Assembly (NCBI RefSeq): GCF_000400465.1
Contig: NW_008806274.1
Coordinates: 450,244-482,243 of the forward strand
Source of the DNA: Wallemia ichthyophaga EXF-994
Taxonomy: Eukaryota; Fungi; Basidiomycota
DNA length: 32,000 nt
Direction of reading: 5' to 3'
Below are positions 10,640 through 21,999 of the stretch, piece by piece. A program made the translations under genes and the position numbers. The notes beneath the pieces are model-generated. The model saw nothing but the letters and a program-made list of their open reading frames with translations. It ran no database searches and had not been told where the DNA came from. How positions within the stretch are numbered: the stretch's first letter is position 1; every line of letters begins with the position of its first letter.

Positions 10640-13444
10640 TTAGCTAATCTCCTCCCAATCGTCTGACTGTTGTGCGGTAGACACACCGCTTCCTTGTCTC
10701 GATAATTGCGGTGTTGGTGTCGCAGAAGATGTAGCACTCTTGCGGAATTCAACAACCCCACTATTTTTTTGCTTGGATTCATCGACGACGGCAGTAATGA
10801 GCTGAGAAGGTAAGTGTGAGCCTATCTTGCGCCTGACAGTAAGTAAGTCTTGGAACACTTCGCTGTCGAATCCATAAGCATCGGCGTAGGATAAACAGAA
10901 CTGTGTTCTAGACTTGTTCATCAGAGGTAGTTGGAGTGCTCTATCCTGTGAATCGAGGAATTCATTGAATGCTTTCTGGATGCCACTAACGAAACCATAA
11001 TTAATATGAGTAAACTGCAGCATTTCACTTGTGTAATTTGTGTCATGCTTGCGTTTGTATGTGTCATTGATGCCTAATGCTCTCGCCAGTCTTGAATTAC
11101 GCTCAGCAGTAACGCAACTGTTCTTGCATTCTAAGTAATCATCCTGTTTGCTATGTGGCGTACATTCCGATGCACCACAGCAAACTTTAGCCTTCTGCGT
11201 CCCGCATTTGCAGGTGACCGTGACGGCAGCCTGACATGAAACTGACTCGTCGCAAGGAGATGTACCGTGGCATGTGGATGTATCGATATGTGCACAGATT
11301 GACCTTAATCTTCCACAAACACTTTGACATTTCTCCAATCCGCTCCTGCATTCACCTGTATGGCACGGCTTTTTGCATTTGTGGCCACAGTCCAACACCT
11401 TATCGCAGACCCGTCCGCATCTCACCGTCTCCTGGGAGCAACGAACATTAGGGATTTTAGATCTACCGCATTGGCACGTGCGGGTGGTAAGGAATGGACA
11501 TGGGGGACAACCCACATCATCGCCGTGGCAGGTATGCGCTGGACGTGGATGACCGCAGGATGAAGGAGGTCTATTGCAAGGATAAGAACAATGCACTTGC
11601 ATACCACATGGTATTGGTGGTTCCAGTGTAGTACTACCGCATGAGCACGTAAGTTCGTCAAACGAGGCATTCAAACACGGTCCGCATTTCCCTTTGTGAT
11701 CTGGCTCCATGCATTTATGTCTTCCGCATGACAGAGTCTTGCCGCAGATGATCTCACATGTGTGCCACATCTGCATCACTTCATCGGGGACTGCCACGTG
11801 AGAATCCAGAACTGCTTTGCGTTTTCCACGTCTGTCTTCAAATTCACGAAGTGGGCAGCACCGTTTGAGACACTCGTGCTTGCCGCACAGACGGAGTGAG
11901 TGACAGACACGCTCACAGAGTACTTGGTCACCTTCATGTTGCACTTCGTGACACTTGCGTGTTACTTTTGACGCACCACAGCGACAGATTGTCGTCATAT
12001 CTACTTGGCATGGCGGACAATCTCCAGTGTGACATTGTCTAAACTTATGTTAGATAAGTATTGAAATTTTAAGGAACTCACGCTTTACACGCATGGTTGC
12101 AAGTTCTTTGCTGCTTTCCGCACATTCTGCCACATGAAGCTATGGATTCTTGACAACTCTTCCTGGCACCGTCTGGCAGATCCTTTAGCGGGTGCTTTCC
12201 GCATGGACAGTGCGTGATGACTGAGGGAGACAATGGACAGGTGAGAGATTGACGAGATGGTGGGTGACATAGCTAAGAAATAGTCAGAAAGGCGAAAGAC
12301 TATAAAGCTTTATGAAATTCTCACCTGCTGACACTGGTGGACGTTGCAATCATAAAACTCTCCACAAACATTCGAGCACTCCCACAATGCAATGTAGAAC
12401 TCGTCCTTGCTGTAACACGACTGTTTGCCAAGATATCCACGGGTACCGCAAGGCTTTACAGAGCTCTCCTTGCCGCAGTAGCACTTGCTCTTTTCTACCT
12501 CGAGACACGGCGAGCAAGGACCAGGATGGCAAGGTGCTTTACAGCTATGTTGACCGCAATCAAGGGCCTTTCCACATACATTCGCACATGACATAGCAAG
12601 AACTTTACCGCTTTCAGGATTTCTTGTCGCATAAGAACACTTGATTGGTGTAGAAGTCTTGTTGCAGTGACATTTCACGTAAATTGGAGTCTGGCAGTCC
12701 ATACAGGGACCAGGATGACAAGGAAGTGGACAAGGATGCTTGCAGTGCAGTCTTCTCTGGGAACAAGATTGACCGCATGAGTGAGGGACTGCCAATTTTC
12801 CCGGTTTTGGGTCGCGCTGTCTTCTGCAGAAACAGCGATATTCGCGAGGTATTTTTGTAGACTTGGTTTGGCATCCTGGACATCTCCAGTGCTTTGCCTC
12901 GCCTTCTTTGAACGGTTGGTTGTAAGACGCCCTTGCCCATTCCGATATACATTTCAAGTGGTAGACGTTGAAGCAAGTATTGCACGAGTGTGTTTTCTGA
13001 TTGAATTCCGTCAGTTACGAGTTGGAGAGTAGGCGCACAACTCACATCGTATGTCTTTACAACCTCGAAGCAAATCAAGCACTCCACCTTCCCGGTTTTC
13101 AATTCGCGTTCTAGGCGTGTGCGAAGATCCTCTTCACCGGTTGTTTCTACGATTGGGATTGGCAGTGGCGATTGAGATTCCGAGTTGAACTGCGTGAGCG
13201 AGCCGTTAAAGCGACGATTTGGCTTTGAATTGCGCGTCTGCTTGGATTTATCTGGCTGATTGGAGTTTGTGCTCGTCTCACCGTTTGTCGGTGGCGTTGT
13301 TTGCGTTGCTTGCGTTTCTTGCGCTGTTTGTTTAGTAATATGAGCCTTTTGATTGCCACGATTTCTGCCTCCTCTACCGCGACCTCTTCTGCCTCTTGAA
13401 GATGCCTGCGGGCGGCTGCTATCGCTGTTTTGTGGTATATCCAT
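10640..13444 (-). CDS. FAP1: NF-X1-type zinc-finger protein (FAP1/NFX1/shuttle-craft family) with N-terminal RING/PHD-like finger and degenerate C-terminal R3H-like region
   Basis: ECLICFE...HLKCISEW...WRCPGCQ finger followed by many CxxxLxCGxHxCxxxCHxGxC repeats. ORFs 12614..13444, 12310..12957 and 10640..11998 are joined by short introns. Confidence 0.9.
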
Positions 13445-13706
13445 CGCAGAGATGGTGGACGAAGGAGGGAGAGAGTGAAAGAGATAAATAGTTCCAAAGA
13501 TCCAGAGAAAAGGAAACTGTGTGCATAAAGCGGGCGCTGAAGGTCTTATAAGTCTTTGTTTGCTGTTTTCTCAGTTTGACAGTTTGATGGACTGGATTTG
13601 TGTATACGCCATGGCTAGTACGTGCAGGTATAAAATCATGAAATTTACACGTAATGTTTTGGCTTTCATTCTTCGATCACCACTCCACACCTTCTTACAA
13701 ACAGTC

Positions 13707-14703
13707 ATGGCTTCCGTAGCAGAAGCAACGTATAGAAAGCGCCTCGAGAAGAAAGAAGAAGCGGTGAAATCGGAGTGCAAACTCAGTGGAGATCCTCCGC
13801 CATCTCCTCCACTTTTACAACGTGTATTAGATGCTCTGCGACCATTCCTTATTATAGCAATGATGATTATCAAGGGATTTCCAGCAGCTATCTTCTTCCA
13901 AATGACCCATCCATCTATCCACCTCTTTAATCCATTCAGATGGATCAGATTGGTACAGGAATGTGGTTTCGCCAAGATCTTAGCATTCGGGGATGTGATA
14001 TGGCGTGGATACAAGCAGCCACTGGTAGAGCAAGCGAGTGGTAAAGTTCTTGAAATAGGCGCTGGTACCGGCGAGAATTTGAAATATTACAAGAATGATA
14101 ACGTGAGCATGACGTGTGTCTTTCTAACCCTGCCGGCTTACAAACAAAGATTGAGACACTCTACGCACTCGAACCTGAGCAAGCATTGAGTAAAATTCTA
14201 GCTGAAAATATCGTCAAGAACGGTTTCGCTGATAAGTCACTCCTCATTCCCGTTGGAATCGACGACAGGAACAAGTTGAGCACTTACGGTGTTGCTGAGA
14301 ATACCTTCGATACCATCGTCTTAGTGCAGGTCTGCTGCTCACTTCCAAACGCATCGGCTCATTTCAAATACCTCCAATCTTTACTCAAACCTGGTGGTAA
14401 ATTGATCATGTTCGAGCACGTCGCATCTGCAGACCCTATTACGCGTCTTCTTCAAGACCTGTACACCTTTGCTTTCTGGAAAAGAGCAGCTCTTGGTTGT
14501 GAGGTAGGCCTTATAATTACTAATAACGAAAACATTCTGACAACGCCTAGCTCAATCGCCCATCTGGATTGTGGATGAAAGAAATCGGAGGCTGGGATAA
14601 AGTCAGTCTGCTCAGACCAGAAATTGAAACGTCTGGAAGTATCCTTCCACACGACATAGGCGTATTCGTTAAGGCATCTTATGCAAGCATGGCACACAAC
14701 TAA
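13707..14703 (+). CDS. Class I SAM-dependent methyltransferase, METTL7/TMT1-like
   Basis: VLEIGAGTG (motif I), FDTIVLVQVCCS and LLKPGGKLIMFEHV, ending GCE|LNRP after splicing. Two introns (from 14103 and ~14503). Start ambiguous because in-frame ATGs exist upstream; 13707 chosen because it lies downstream of TATAAAA at ~13629. Confidence 0.82.
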
Positions 14704-14780
14704 TAAGGATATTAGCTAAATGCATATGCTGTAGTACAAAATAATACACGACCCTTTTTATGATTATCTCCTAAATTCAT

Positions 14781-15815
14781 TCAATTAGTCTCATTATCAT
14801 GCTTCTCCTCTAGTCCCTCAATGGCACCACTATCGCTGTCGCCCTCCTGCGCCTCCTCTTCCTCTTTCGCAGCTCTCTCTTTGAGCTTCTTGATGAGCTG
14901 CTTGGGTTTGTTGAAAATGCCACCAGTCGCTGCACCACATGCATAACACTTAGGTGTTTTCTGAAAACGCTTCAACGCCGCGCTTTTTTCAAAGTAGTGT
15001 CCACATTTAGTTACGACGGGATCGACGAAAGGCTCACGCGTAATCAGGCATGCAAATGGCATGTCCTCGTCTTCGCTTTCGTCACTATCATCTTCAAAAG
15101 CAGCAGCACCAGATTTTTGCGCCTGCATCTTATTCCAAGCCTGGTCAAGTTGCCAACCAGCCATGTAATCCGAACGATCGTGGAGGAACTAAAAAGTGTC
15201 AGCTTCATAAATCCAGTATAATACACAACGCACCTTGCAAGTATCACCAAATCCACACCATCCCGTCTCTTTGTAGTCCTTGCATACATCTGGTTGGAAG
15301 TCGGTGATAGTGATCTGACGAATGTTGGTAGGTGCGCGAACAGGCCCAGCCTTAAACTTATCAGACTGTGCGCTATCAGGCTTTTTCTTGATATGGGAGG
15401 TGTAAGATTGGAGACCTTTGTAGAGACCGTCGTCTTCCAAATCATTAGCGTCGACTTCATCGCCCTCTTTGTATTTCTTCAACTGAGGGCCATCAATAGT
15501 TTCAGCGTCTGTATCGACGACTGCTGTATTTCTATTCATAGTGTTGTCCGAGGAATTGGTGGCAGACCAGGCAACATCTACAACACCGCCGCCACTCTCA
15601 TCGTCTTCAACATGAGAGACATCTATATTTCGCTTTCTTGCTGCTCCTTGCTTATGCGATTCAGCTTTGGCTTGTGTAACCGATCTGCGATCCTTAACCG
15701 TAGCCACTGATGACTTCTCCACTTCCTCTGAGCTCTCCTTTGGTGGGCTCTTTTGCCGCAGTCCTGTTGGCCTTCCCTTGCGCGATGGCTTCTTGAAAGT
15801 GACTGCGTCTGTCAT
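14781..15815 (-). CDS. CWC24: Pre-mRNA splicing factor Cwc24/RNF113A (CCCH zinc finger plus RING)
   Basis: GPVRAPTNIR..TITDFQPDVCKDYKETGWCGFGDTCK|FLHDRSDY, then RING PFACLITREPFVDPVVTKCGHYFEKSAAL. One intron. Confidence 0.95.
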
Positions 15816-15902
15816 ATCGATGTTGGAAGAAGGCGTCGAAAGATCTAAACACTCATAATTTAGATATCAATAGCAATTACTCAATTATTACAATAGCTCT
15901 GC

Positions 15903-18900
15903 CTACCGCAGATCATTTTCGTCGCGTGTATATGCAATCAGTGACTCCTCATCGTCATCGTCATTCTTGTCGATCGTCGAAGTGTCGTCTGAAGTATCTT
16001 GTAACTCCTTGTCTTTGTCTTTGTATTTAGGCTGAGGAGTGCTTGCAGCGCTATTAATCTTGTGGTCCTCGTAAGCCTCTTCAAAACGCTGCTCCTCTTG
16101 CTGCTGTTGGTCGTGCGCAAGATACCCTTCGTAACCCTCTTCATACTCCACTTCCTCCTCAGGCTTGAACATGTTGTGCAACGTCATATCATCCTTTTTC
16201 CTCCTCACTCTCTCAATCTCTCCAAATCCTCCAGTCCTCTTAAGGCTCTTCTTGTCAACGAAATCGACCAACTCGTTTGCAAATTCAGCATCTCGTCCAC
16301 TCTGTTTAGCAGCCTCGATTTCCTTCTCGCGTTGGCGCTCGGCTGCCTCGATGGCCTTTAGACGTTTCTCAGGATCGTTCTGGCGATTCCTTATTTCAAG
16401 CAGCACAGTATCGAGACTCTGCGTCGGGTCACTCGACGTCTCTATCTCTGGTACTACTCGCTTGGCAGGTTGTGCAGAGCGGATAGTGGCAACTTGTTCG
16501 ACTTGCTGAAACACAGTCAACGACGCTGCATGATCGTCTTTCAAGTCCGCCAGCAGCTTTTCTTGATGATTCAGGAATCCCTGCTCGTCGACTATATTCT
16601 GCAACTCTTCCGCCCACGTTTTCTTCCACATTGGTTTCACAGTCTCGACCTGTTTGAAAATGTGAGTAAGATGGACAAACAATTATCATGCGATGCCCAC
16701 CTGTTGGTCAAGCGCCTCCAATTCATCTCTAATTTTCTCAAAGTCATTCTTAAGATTCTTGAGAATATTTGGACGTGGTTTTGTACGTCTCGCAATTACA
16801 TCATGTTTGAGGTCATCCACTGTATCCTGAATCTCTTCCATACGTGTCAAAACATCCTGCGAACGTCCATCCAGTGAAGCTTTGCCGACGTCTATGTATG
16901 CCCTCGCTCCTCCTACTTCCGTCTTGGCAAGCTCTCTGACTTTGCTAGTCGATGCTCTAAGTTCGTTGATCTGGTCTTTTGTTTCATTCATAAAGTCAAC
17001 ATAGATTTGCTTGGTCACTCCAAGATCCCTTCGCACTGCCTGTACATTATCGAATTGCACCTGAAGATCTCGAATCTTTTTCATCACCTCTGTAGATGGA
17101 GTTTCGACGCGTAGCTGTTGTGCTGACTTTTCGTCCGCACTTTGTGGCTGTAAAGCTTCAGCAACTGCTTTGAATTGCTTGTCGGATGGACGCTGATTCG
17201 AAGAAGGCATAGTTGGCAAGCCCAACCCGACACCGTTAGTACTCGCATTAGTATTAGCGATAGCATTATCATTAGCACCAACAGGTGGTGGAGGAGCTGT
17301 TAGCGATGAGAAACGACGCGTGTTCGCAGACAGTGCATTCTTCAAATCCTTCAGCTCCTGCGATACGGTCGTGATTGACAAATCAAAATGCTGTTTGACC
17401 TGATCGAGTGGTTCAATGTTGAGACTCAAGACACTGCTCTCAATCACATCAGCGACATTCTCCAGCTCGTAATCTACGTTAGCTTTTGGATCGCGCAGAT
17501 AGATCAACGGAAAGTCCTCTAATCCTGAAGAATAAGCAAATCTATCGATAAACATCATTCTCAAACCAGCCAGTGTGAGTGTCGACTTATCCTCAATTAT
17601 TGTCTTCTTTGTCTGGTGTCCAATAGTGAGATAGACGCTAATTGGCGATTCATCTAAACTGCCATTGTCATCCCCTTCATCTTTTTCAGATACACGTGAA
17701 GGCTGGTAGTGCGATTCGACTAAAGATGACTGTGAATCACTATCTCTACTCACTTGACGCTTTGCCGAGTCGGGTATCGGTGGAAGAGGAGGTGCGTTGT
17801 CGGGTATAAATGGCACACCACTCCCTCTGATACTTGAAAGTCGTCTGCTTGATTTGCGCTCAGTGCCGCTTTGTGGGTTAGTTGGTATAGGTGTCGCAAG
17901 TGACGACATGCCTCCTGATACTGAAGCTGAGGAGGTCATCTTCCCCATCGTATATGACGAAAATCGCTTGCTGGCTCGGCGTTCGAGCGGATCCTGTCTC
18001 TTGAGCTCCGCGAGGGGGTTGTTAATCTGAGGTGAGTCCTTTGCAATAGGAGACGTCTGCTCTGGTTCTGGAAGGTTGATCGTAGGTGGTGGTGGTGCAG
18101 GTGCAGGTGATGGTGCCGGTGGGGGTGTCTGTTTCATAATCTGTGGTGGTGGTTGAGTTTTCTTAGCAGGCTGAGATGGTTGATAGGTGTGAGAGGGGTG
18201 CTGAGGAGGTGGCTGAGACTGTGGCTGTGGCGGTGGTATCATTGGCTGAGGTGGCGGGGAGACTAGATTACGGGATGACGTCGTTGAGGAAGACGGACTA
18301 AACTCGTCACCTCTAGGAGAAGGTCTAGGGGATGTCATCTGTGCTTGACGACGAGCAGCTAGCTCAGAGAGTACAGAGTCCCTCGAAGAAGAAGCATGGG
18401 ATGCGCGTGACAGTCTTGAATTCTCATGTTTTCGCTTCTCCTCAGCGAGATGTCTTCTCCATTGAGCCTGTTTATCTTTCAAACCTTGCAGAAGATTGAT
18501 AATGATAGTTCGAATAGGAGGAAGAAAACGATCTAAAACAGCGGGGGAAGCATTCTCGCTCAACGCGCTCTCTAAATGACGCCGTAGCTGATCGGGGATG
18601 TTGATAAGATCAGACATATCAATCTTGACGCTGCCAAAAGCAGCAACGGCTGCATTGAAATCATTTCCCAATTTCACGTAAACATCGCTAACACCGTTTT
18701 CAGACATACGCCCTTGAGCCCAAAGATTGAGAGCTTCGAGGAGTTGCTTTGTAGCCACGAGTAAACGCGTTACAGAAGATTCCATGTGAATTACCTAGTA
18801 TTATAATATTAAGATCTTATATGCGTAATAGAGATATCTCACTCACTGCTGGAGATTTGGTCTTACCGCCAGAAGAAGTACGCGCAGGCTTGTTAGGAGA

Positions 18901-18969
18901 TGGCGGCTGAGCGTGCGAATCTGAGTAATTTCTATTGCTGCCCGATTCGCTGCTCCTAAATTGCTGCAT
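15903..18969 (-). CDS. BUD6: Actin-interacting polarisome protein Bud6/Aip3
   Basis: N-terminal MESSVTRLLVATKQLLEAL block, central VYLTIGHQTKK...LRMMFIDRFAY...IYLRDP and C-terminal KPMWKKTWAEELQNIVDEQGFL typical of Aip3/Bud6. A 41-codon upstream exon (18969-18847) splices in phase via intron 18846-18795. Confidence 0.9.
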
Positions 18970-19015
18970 TTTTAAACGTCGTGGTCGTTAGAACGATCCT
19001 TGTACCGGAGCAACG

Positions 19016-20935
19016 ATGGACGACGACGATGAATTCCTGTGAATTAAATTTCAATTAAATAATCTAATCTCACAAATAAAAACAGCTACGGAGATAACGA
19101 GGATCAACAAGAGGCTCAACAGGCTCCACCAACCAGCCTCAGTCTGGCAGAACCACCAACAGAAGTTATTTCGACTACGCACAACGAAATAAACAAAGTT
19201 GAAGGAATTGACGTGAGAAATGACACGGCAAATGCTTCAAACGGTTCAAACGGCTCAAACGAAGATGACGATCAAGATTATTCAGATTCTGAGTCTGTGA
19301 GTTGATGTTTAGTACATAATTCCACTACTCATGCTTTTTAAGGACGTTGAAATCATAATGGATACGCCAAATACTTCAAAATCTATTGACTTTAGGTGAG
19401 TGTCTTTGGTCTGCTCGTTCACGCGCTCACAACGGGGAAGACCACAAAGAAACTCCTTAGGCAGAACTCCAAGTCAACCTTCATTGCCAAAACCAAACAT
19501 CACTACAGAGTATATACCACAAGAAAGGCCTTCTGCTGTAACTTCAACTCCACCAGTTAAGGCACCCTCACATACTCCGGTACCTCAGCCACCAACTGTT
19601 GTTGACAACACTATCGCTCTTCCTTCAGCTGCAAATGTCGCAGGTACAGGCACAACCCAAAGTACAGATGCTCCTGAAAGGTCTTTAGCTCCTACTTTAG
19701 CGCAGAAAAGCGACGCAAATGACTTCTTTTTGAAGCGTGCTCAAGCTATGGCAGAAGATCCTGTGGATAAGCCGACTACGCCATCGACTGCTCCTCAATT
19801 AGACTTGGATCCTTCTACATTAGATGCCGCGACTGTATATGATATAGATGTTGATGCTGTTGATGTCGAAAAACCTTGGAGGCAGCCTGGCGCTGATATT
19901 ACCGACTGGTTCAACTACGGCTTTGATGAGTACAAATGGCTCGAATACGCTACACGGAAGAGGAGCATTGGTGGTGCGACCGAGAAGATGAATCCATTTG
20001 CTGTGAGTGTATAGGAATATCCCTGATTCATCCACTAACTATCCCTACAGCCGCACGCTACAACACCAGATGAACTCATGAATGTATTACCACCAGAGTT
20101 ACAGGCAATGATGCATATGATGCCACCTATACCCCAGATGGGCGGCATGTCTGGTATGCCTGGTATGGGTATGGGTGGTATGTCTAATTTACCTCCTGCT
20201 ATGCCAGGTGGAGGTATGCCCGGTATGCCTGGTATGCCCCAAATGCCTGGTATGCCTGGTATGCCGCCGGGTTTTGATATGTCCATGATGATGGGCATGC
20301 CAATGGGTATGCAGATGAATCAGACAAACTCCAATGAAGTCAAGGAAGAAGATTATGGTGAAGCAAAAGCTGATGACAATCAACAGCGTTTCAAGAATTA
20401 CAACGATAAGGATAAAGGTGGTGCGATCAACTCAGCTTTGGACTACAGCGATCAACCTCTCGTTCATGATGACTCCACCAATGGTGCAAGAAGCACTTCG
20501 AAAGATAGTGATAGAGACTACAACGATAGGAGAGAACGGAGCAGAGAGAAAGATACGGACTTGCATGATAAGGAGAGACAGCCATCTCCATCGACGCGTT
20601 TCAAAGAAAAAGAGCGCGAAAGAGGCAACTTCCGGGAAAGAGAGAGAGAAAACAAAGAGAGAGAGAGAGAGAGGGAAAGGGAGAGAGCCAGAGAAAGAGC
20701 CAAGGAAAAAGAGTGGGAAAGAGAAAGAGAGAGAGAGAAAGCAAAAGGTGGAGGAAGATCGTACAACAGATCACGTTCACCACCTCCAAGATTTCCAAAG
20801 GAAAGGGAAAGAGATAGAGACAGGAAAGATTTCAAAGATTCTCGAGCTAGAGAACGTGATCGCGATCGTGAAAGAGATCGACGTGAAAGAGATCGCCGTG
20901 ATTCTGACAGATCGTCACGGAGGCCTGGCAGATAA
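19016..20935 (+). CDS. FIP1: Pre-mRNA polyadenylation factor Fip1
   Basis: Spliced N-terminus MDDDDEFLYG (intron 19039-19085). Fip1 motif EKPWRQPGADITDWFNYGFDEYKWLEY. G/M/P-rich region and RE/RD-rich tail. Stop TAA at 20933-20935. Confidence 0.95.
20576..20910 (+). repeat. Purine-rich GA-type low-complexity tract encoding the RE/RD mixed-charge tail of Fip1
   Basis: Runs such as gagagagagagagaggg and repeated gaaagaga units translate as ERERERERARER...RERDRDRERDRRERDRR. Confidence 0.85.
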
Positions 20936-21103
20936 GCGTAAAGTAAAATTCAATGTATAAAGTATTATTTTGTCTTTTCTTGATCAATTTTGCATTTATT
21001 TATTTCCGTTCTGAGTCTTCGCTGTCGGCTTACGTGAACGTTCGTTCGTTTCAATCAAAGGAGAAGAGCGATTAGATTTTGTTTGAGTGGGAGAGAGAAA
21101 GTC

Positions 21104-21914
21104 ATATGGCAAGGCTTTGATGACCTGATTCTTCGAACTTCCAGCTTTATCGTTCTGGCACTGCCTCGCAATCGTTGGGATTTTCCTTCGTTTAAAATGT
21201 CGTTCGATTAAGGGCTTTAAAGAGGTGGCGAGGCAGTGCTACTGATCTAATGATATTATACGTATACTTGCACTGTTCACATTTTCAAGATGGCTTAGAA
21301 TCCTCTCCTGATCATTCTTCGTCTCTGCGTCATCATGCCACATCATTTTTGAGATTTGTGGGATTTGAAGTCAAATACACTCTTTCATAGCTAATTGAAG
21401 TGAACACATAGAAGCGATGAAATCACTTCATCTCCAATCCATTTACTTGCGCTATACAAGCATCGTTTGGACATTGTGACAACGCTTGTTATATCACAGT
21501 CTCGGATAATATACTGCTATAGCTAGCAAGTAAATGATCTTCTATACCACTTTACTTGTTGTTTAGAGTGTTCTGCTGTCAATTGCGCAACGTTGCTCAC
21601 TCTTATCAAAAGACTTCATTTCAAGATTTATCTTCTAGTAAGATGTTGCTCCTTAATTAGCATATGTTTTCCTTGAAGCTGAAACTTTAACTGAAGTCTT
21701 TTGATAACGACATGAGTAATGTTTTTTCTTTACTTGCGGCTAACATAACAAATATCACTCTTGAGTATAGACTTAAGTGCATTGCTGTCGTCGTAATCAT
21801 TTCACACTCCCGATTGAAGGCGTGCTTATCAATGCCTTCGCGACCTTCAAGCTAGCCAAGCTAAATATTAATGGACCTTAGCTTAACCTCCTTAACTCAA
21901 ATCTTGCAAATCTC
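21104..21914 (+). ncRNA. Putative large structured non-coding RNA (class unknown)
   Basis: No ORF of 60 aa or more in the provided track. Complementary segments: 21158-21169/21228-21239 (12 bp perfect), 21351-21368/21897-21914 (18 bp, 3 G-U), 21396-21403/21423-21430 (8 bp), 21440-21456/21518-21536 (11+6 bp), 21603-21618/21692-21707 (16 bp perfect), 21816-21823/21832-21839, 21858-21864/21878-21884. G-U pairs favour the + strand. Ends are not determined. Confidence 0.6.
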
Positions 21915-21999
21915 CACTGCTTAAAACGCTCGCGCTTGCTTTTTGCAGTCTACTTTACACGCTCCTTACTACAACCACACACTCATTACATCACAAAAC

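Noticed and set aside
20035-20960. Antisense and alternate-frame ORFs over FIP1 (20035..20298, 20334..20960, 20518..20835, 20601..20798)
   Set aside because: By-products of low-complexity GMP and GA repeats that lack stop codons in other frames.
21118-21150. ACCTGAT resembling part of a TPP riboswitch
   Set aside because: The rest of the aptamer consensus (GGxTAATxCCxGCGxAGGGA and an appropriately placed upstream CTGAGA) is absent, and the neighbours are not thiamine genes.
21117-21245. Box C-like TGATGA and box D-like CTGA suggesting a C/D snoRNA
   Set aside because: No terminal stem, the would-be guide is locked in the GC-rich stem, and the TGATGAC pairs with 21329-21335.
21092-21300. GAAAGTC (21097-21103) resembling RNase P/MRP CR-I, with ATGGCTTA (21290-21297) as a possible P4 partner
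   Set aside because: The pairing lacks the bulged U and the CR-V spacing, and does not match the MRP GAAAGUCCCC consensus. Not supported as a call; a covariance-model search would settle it.
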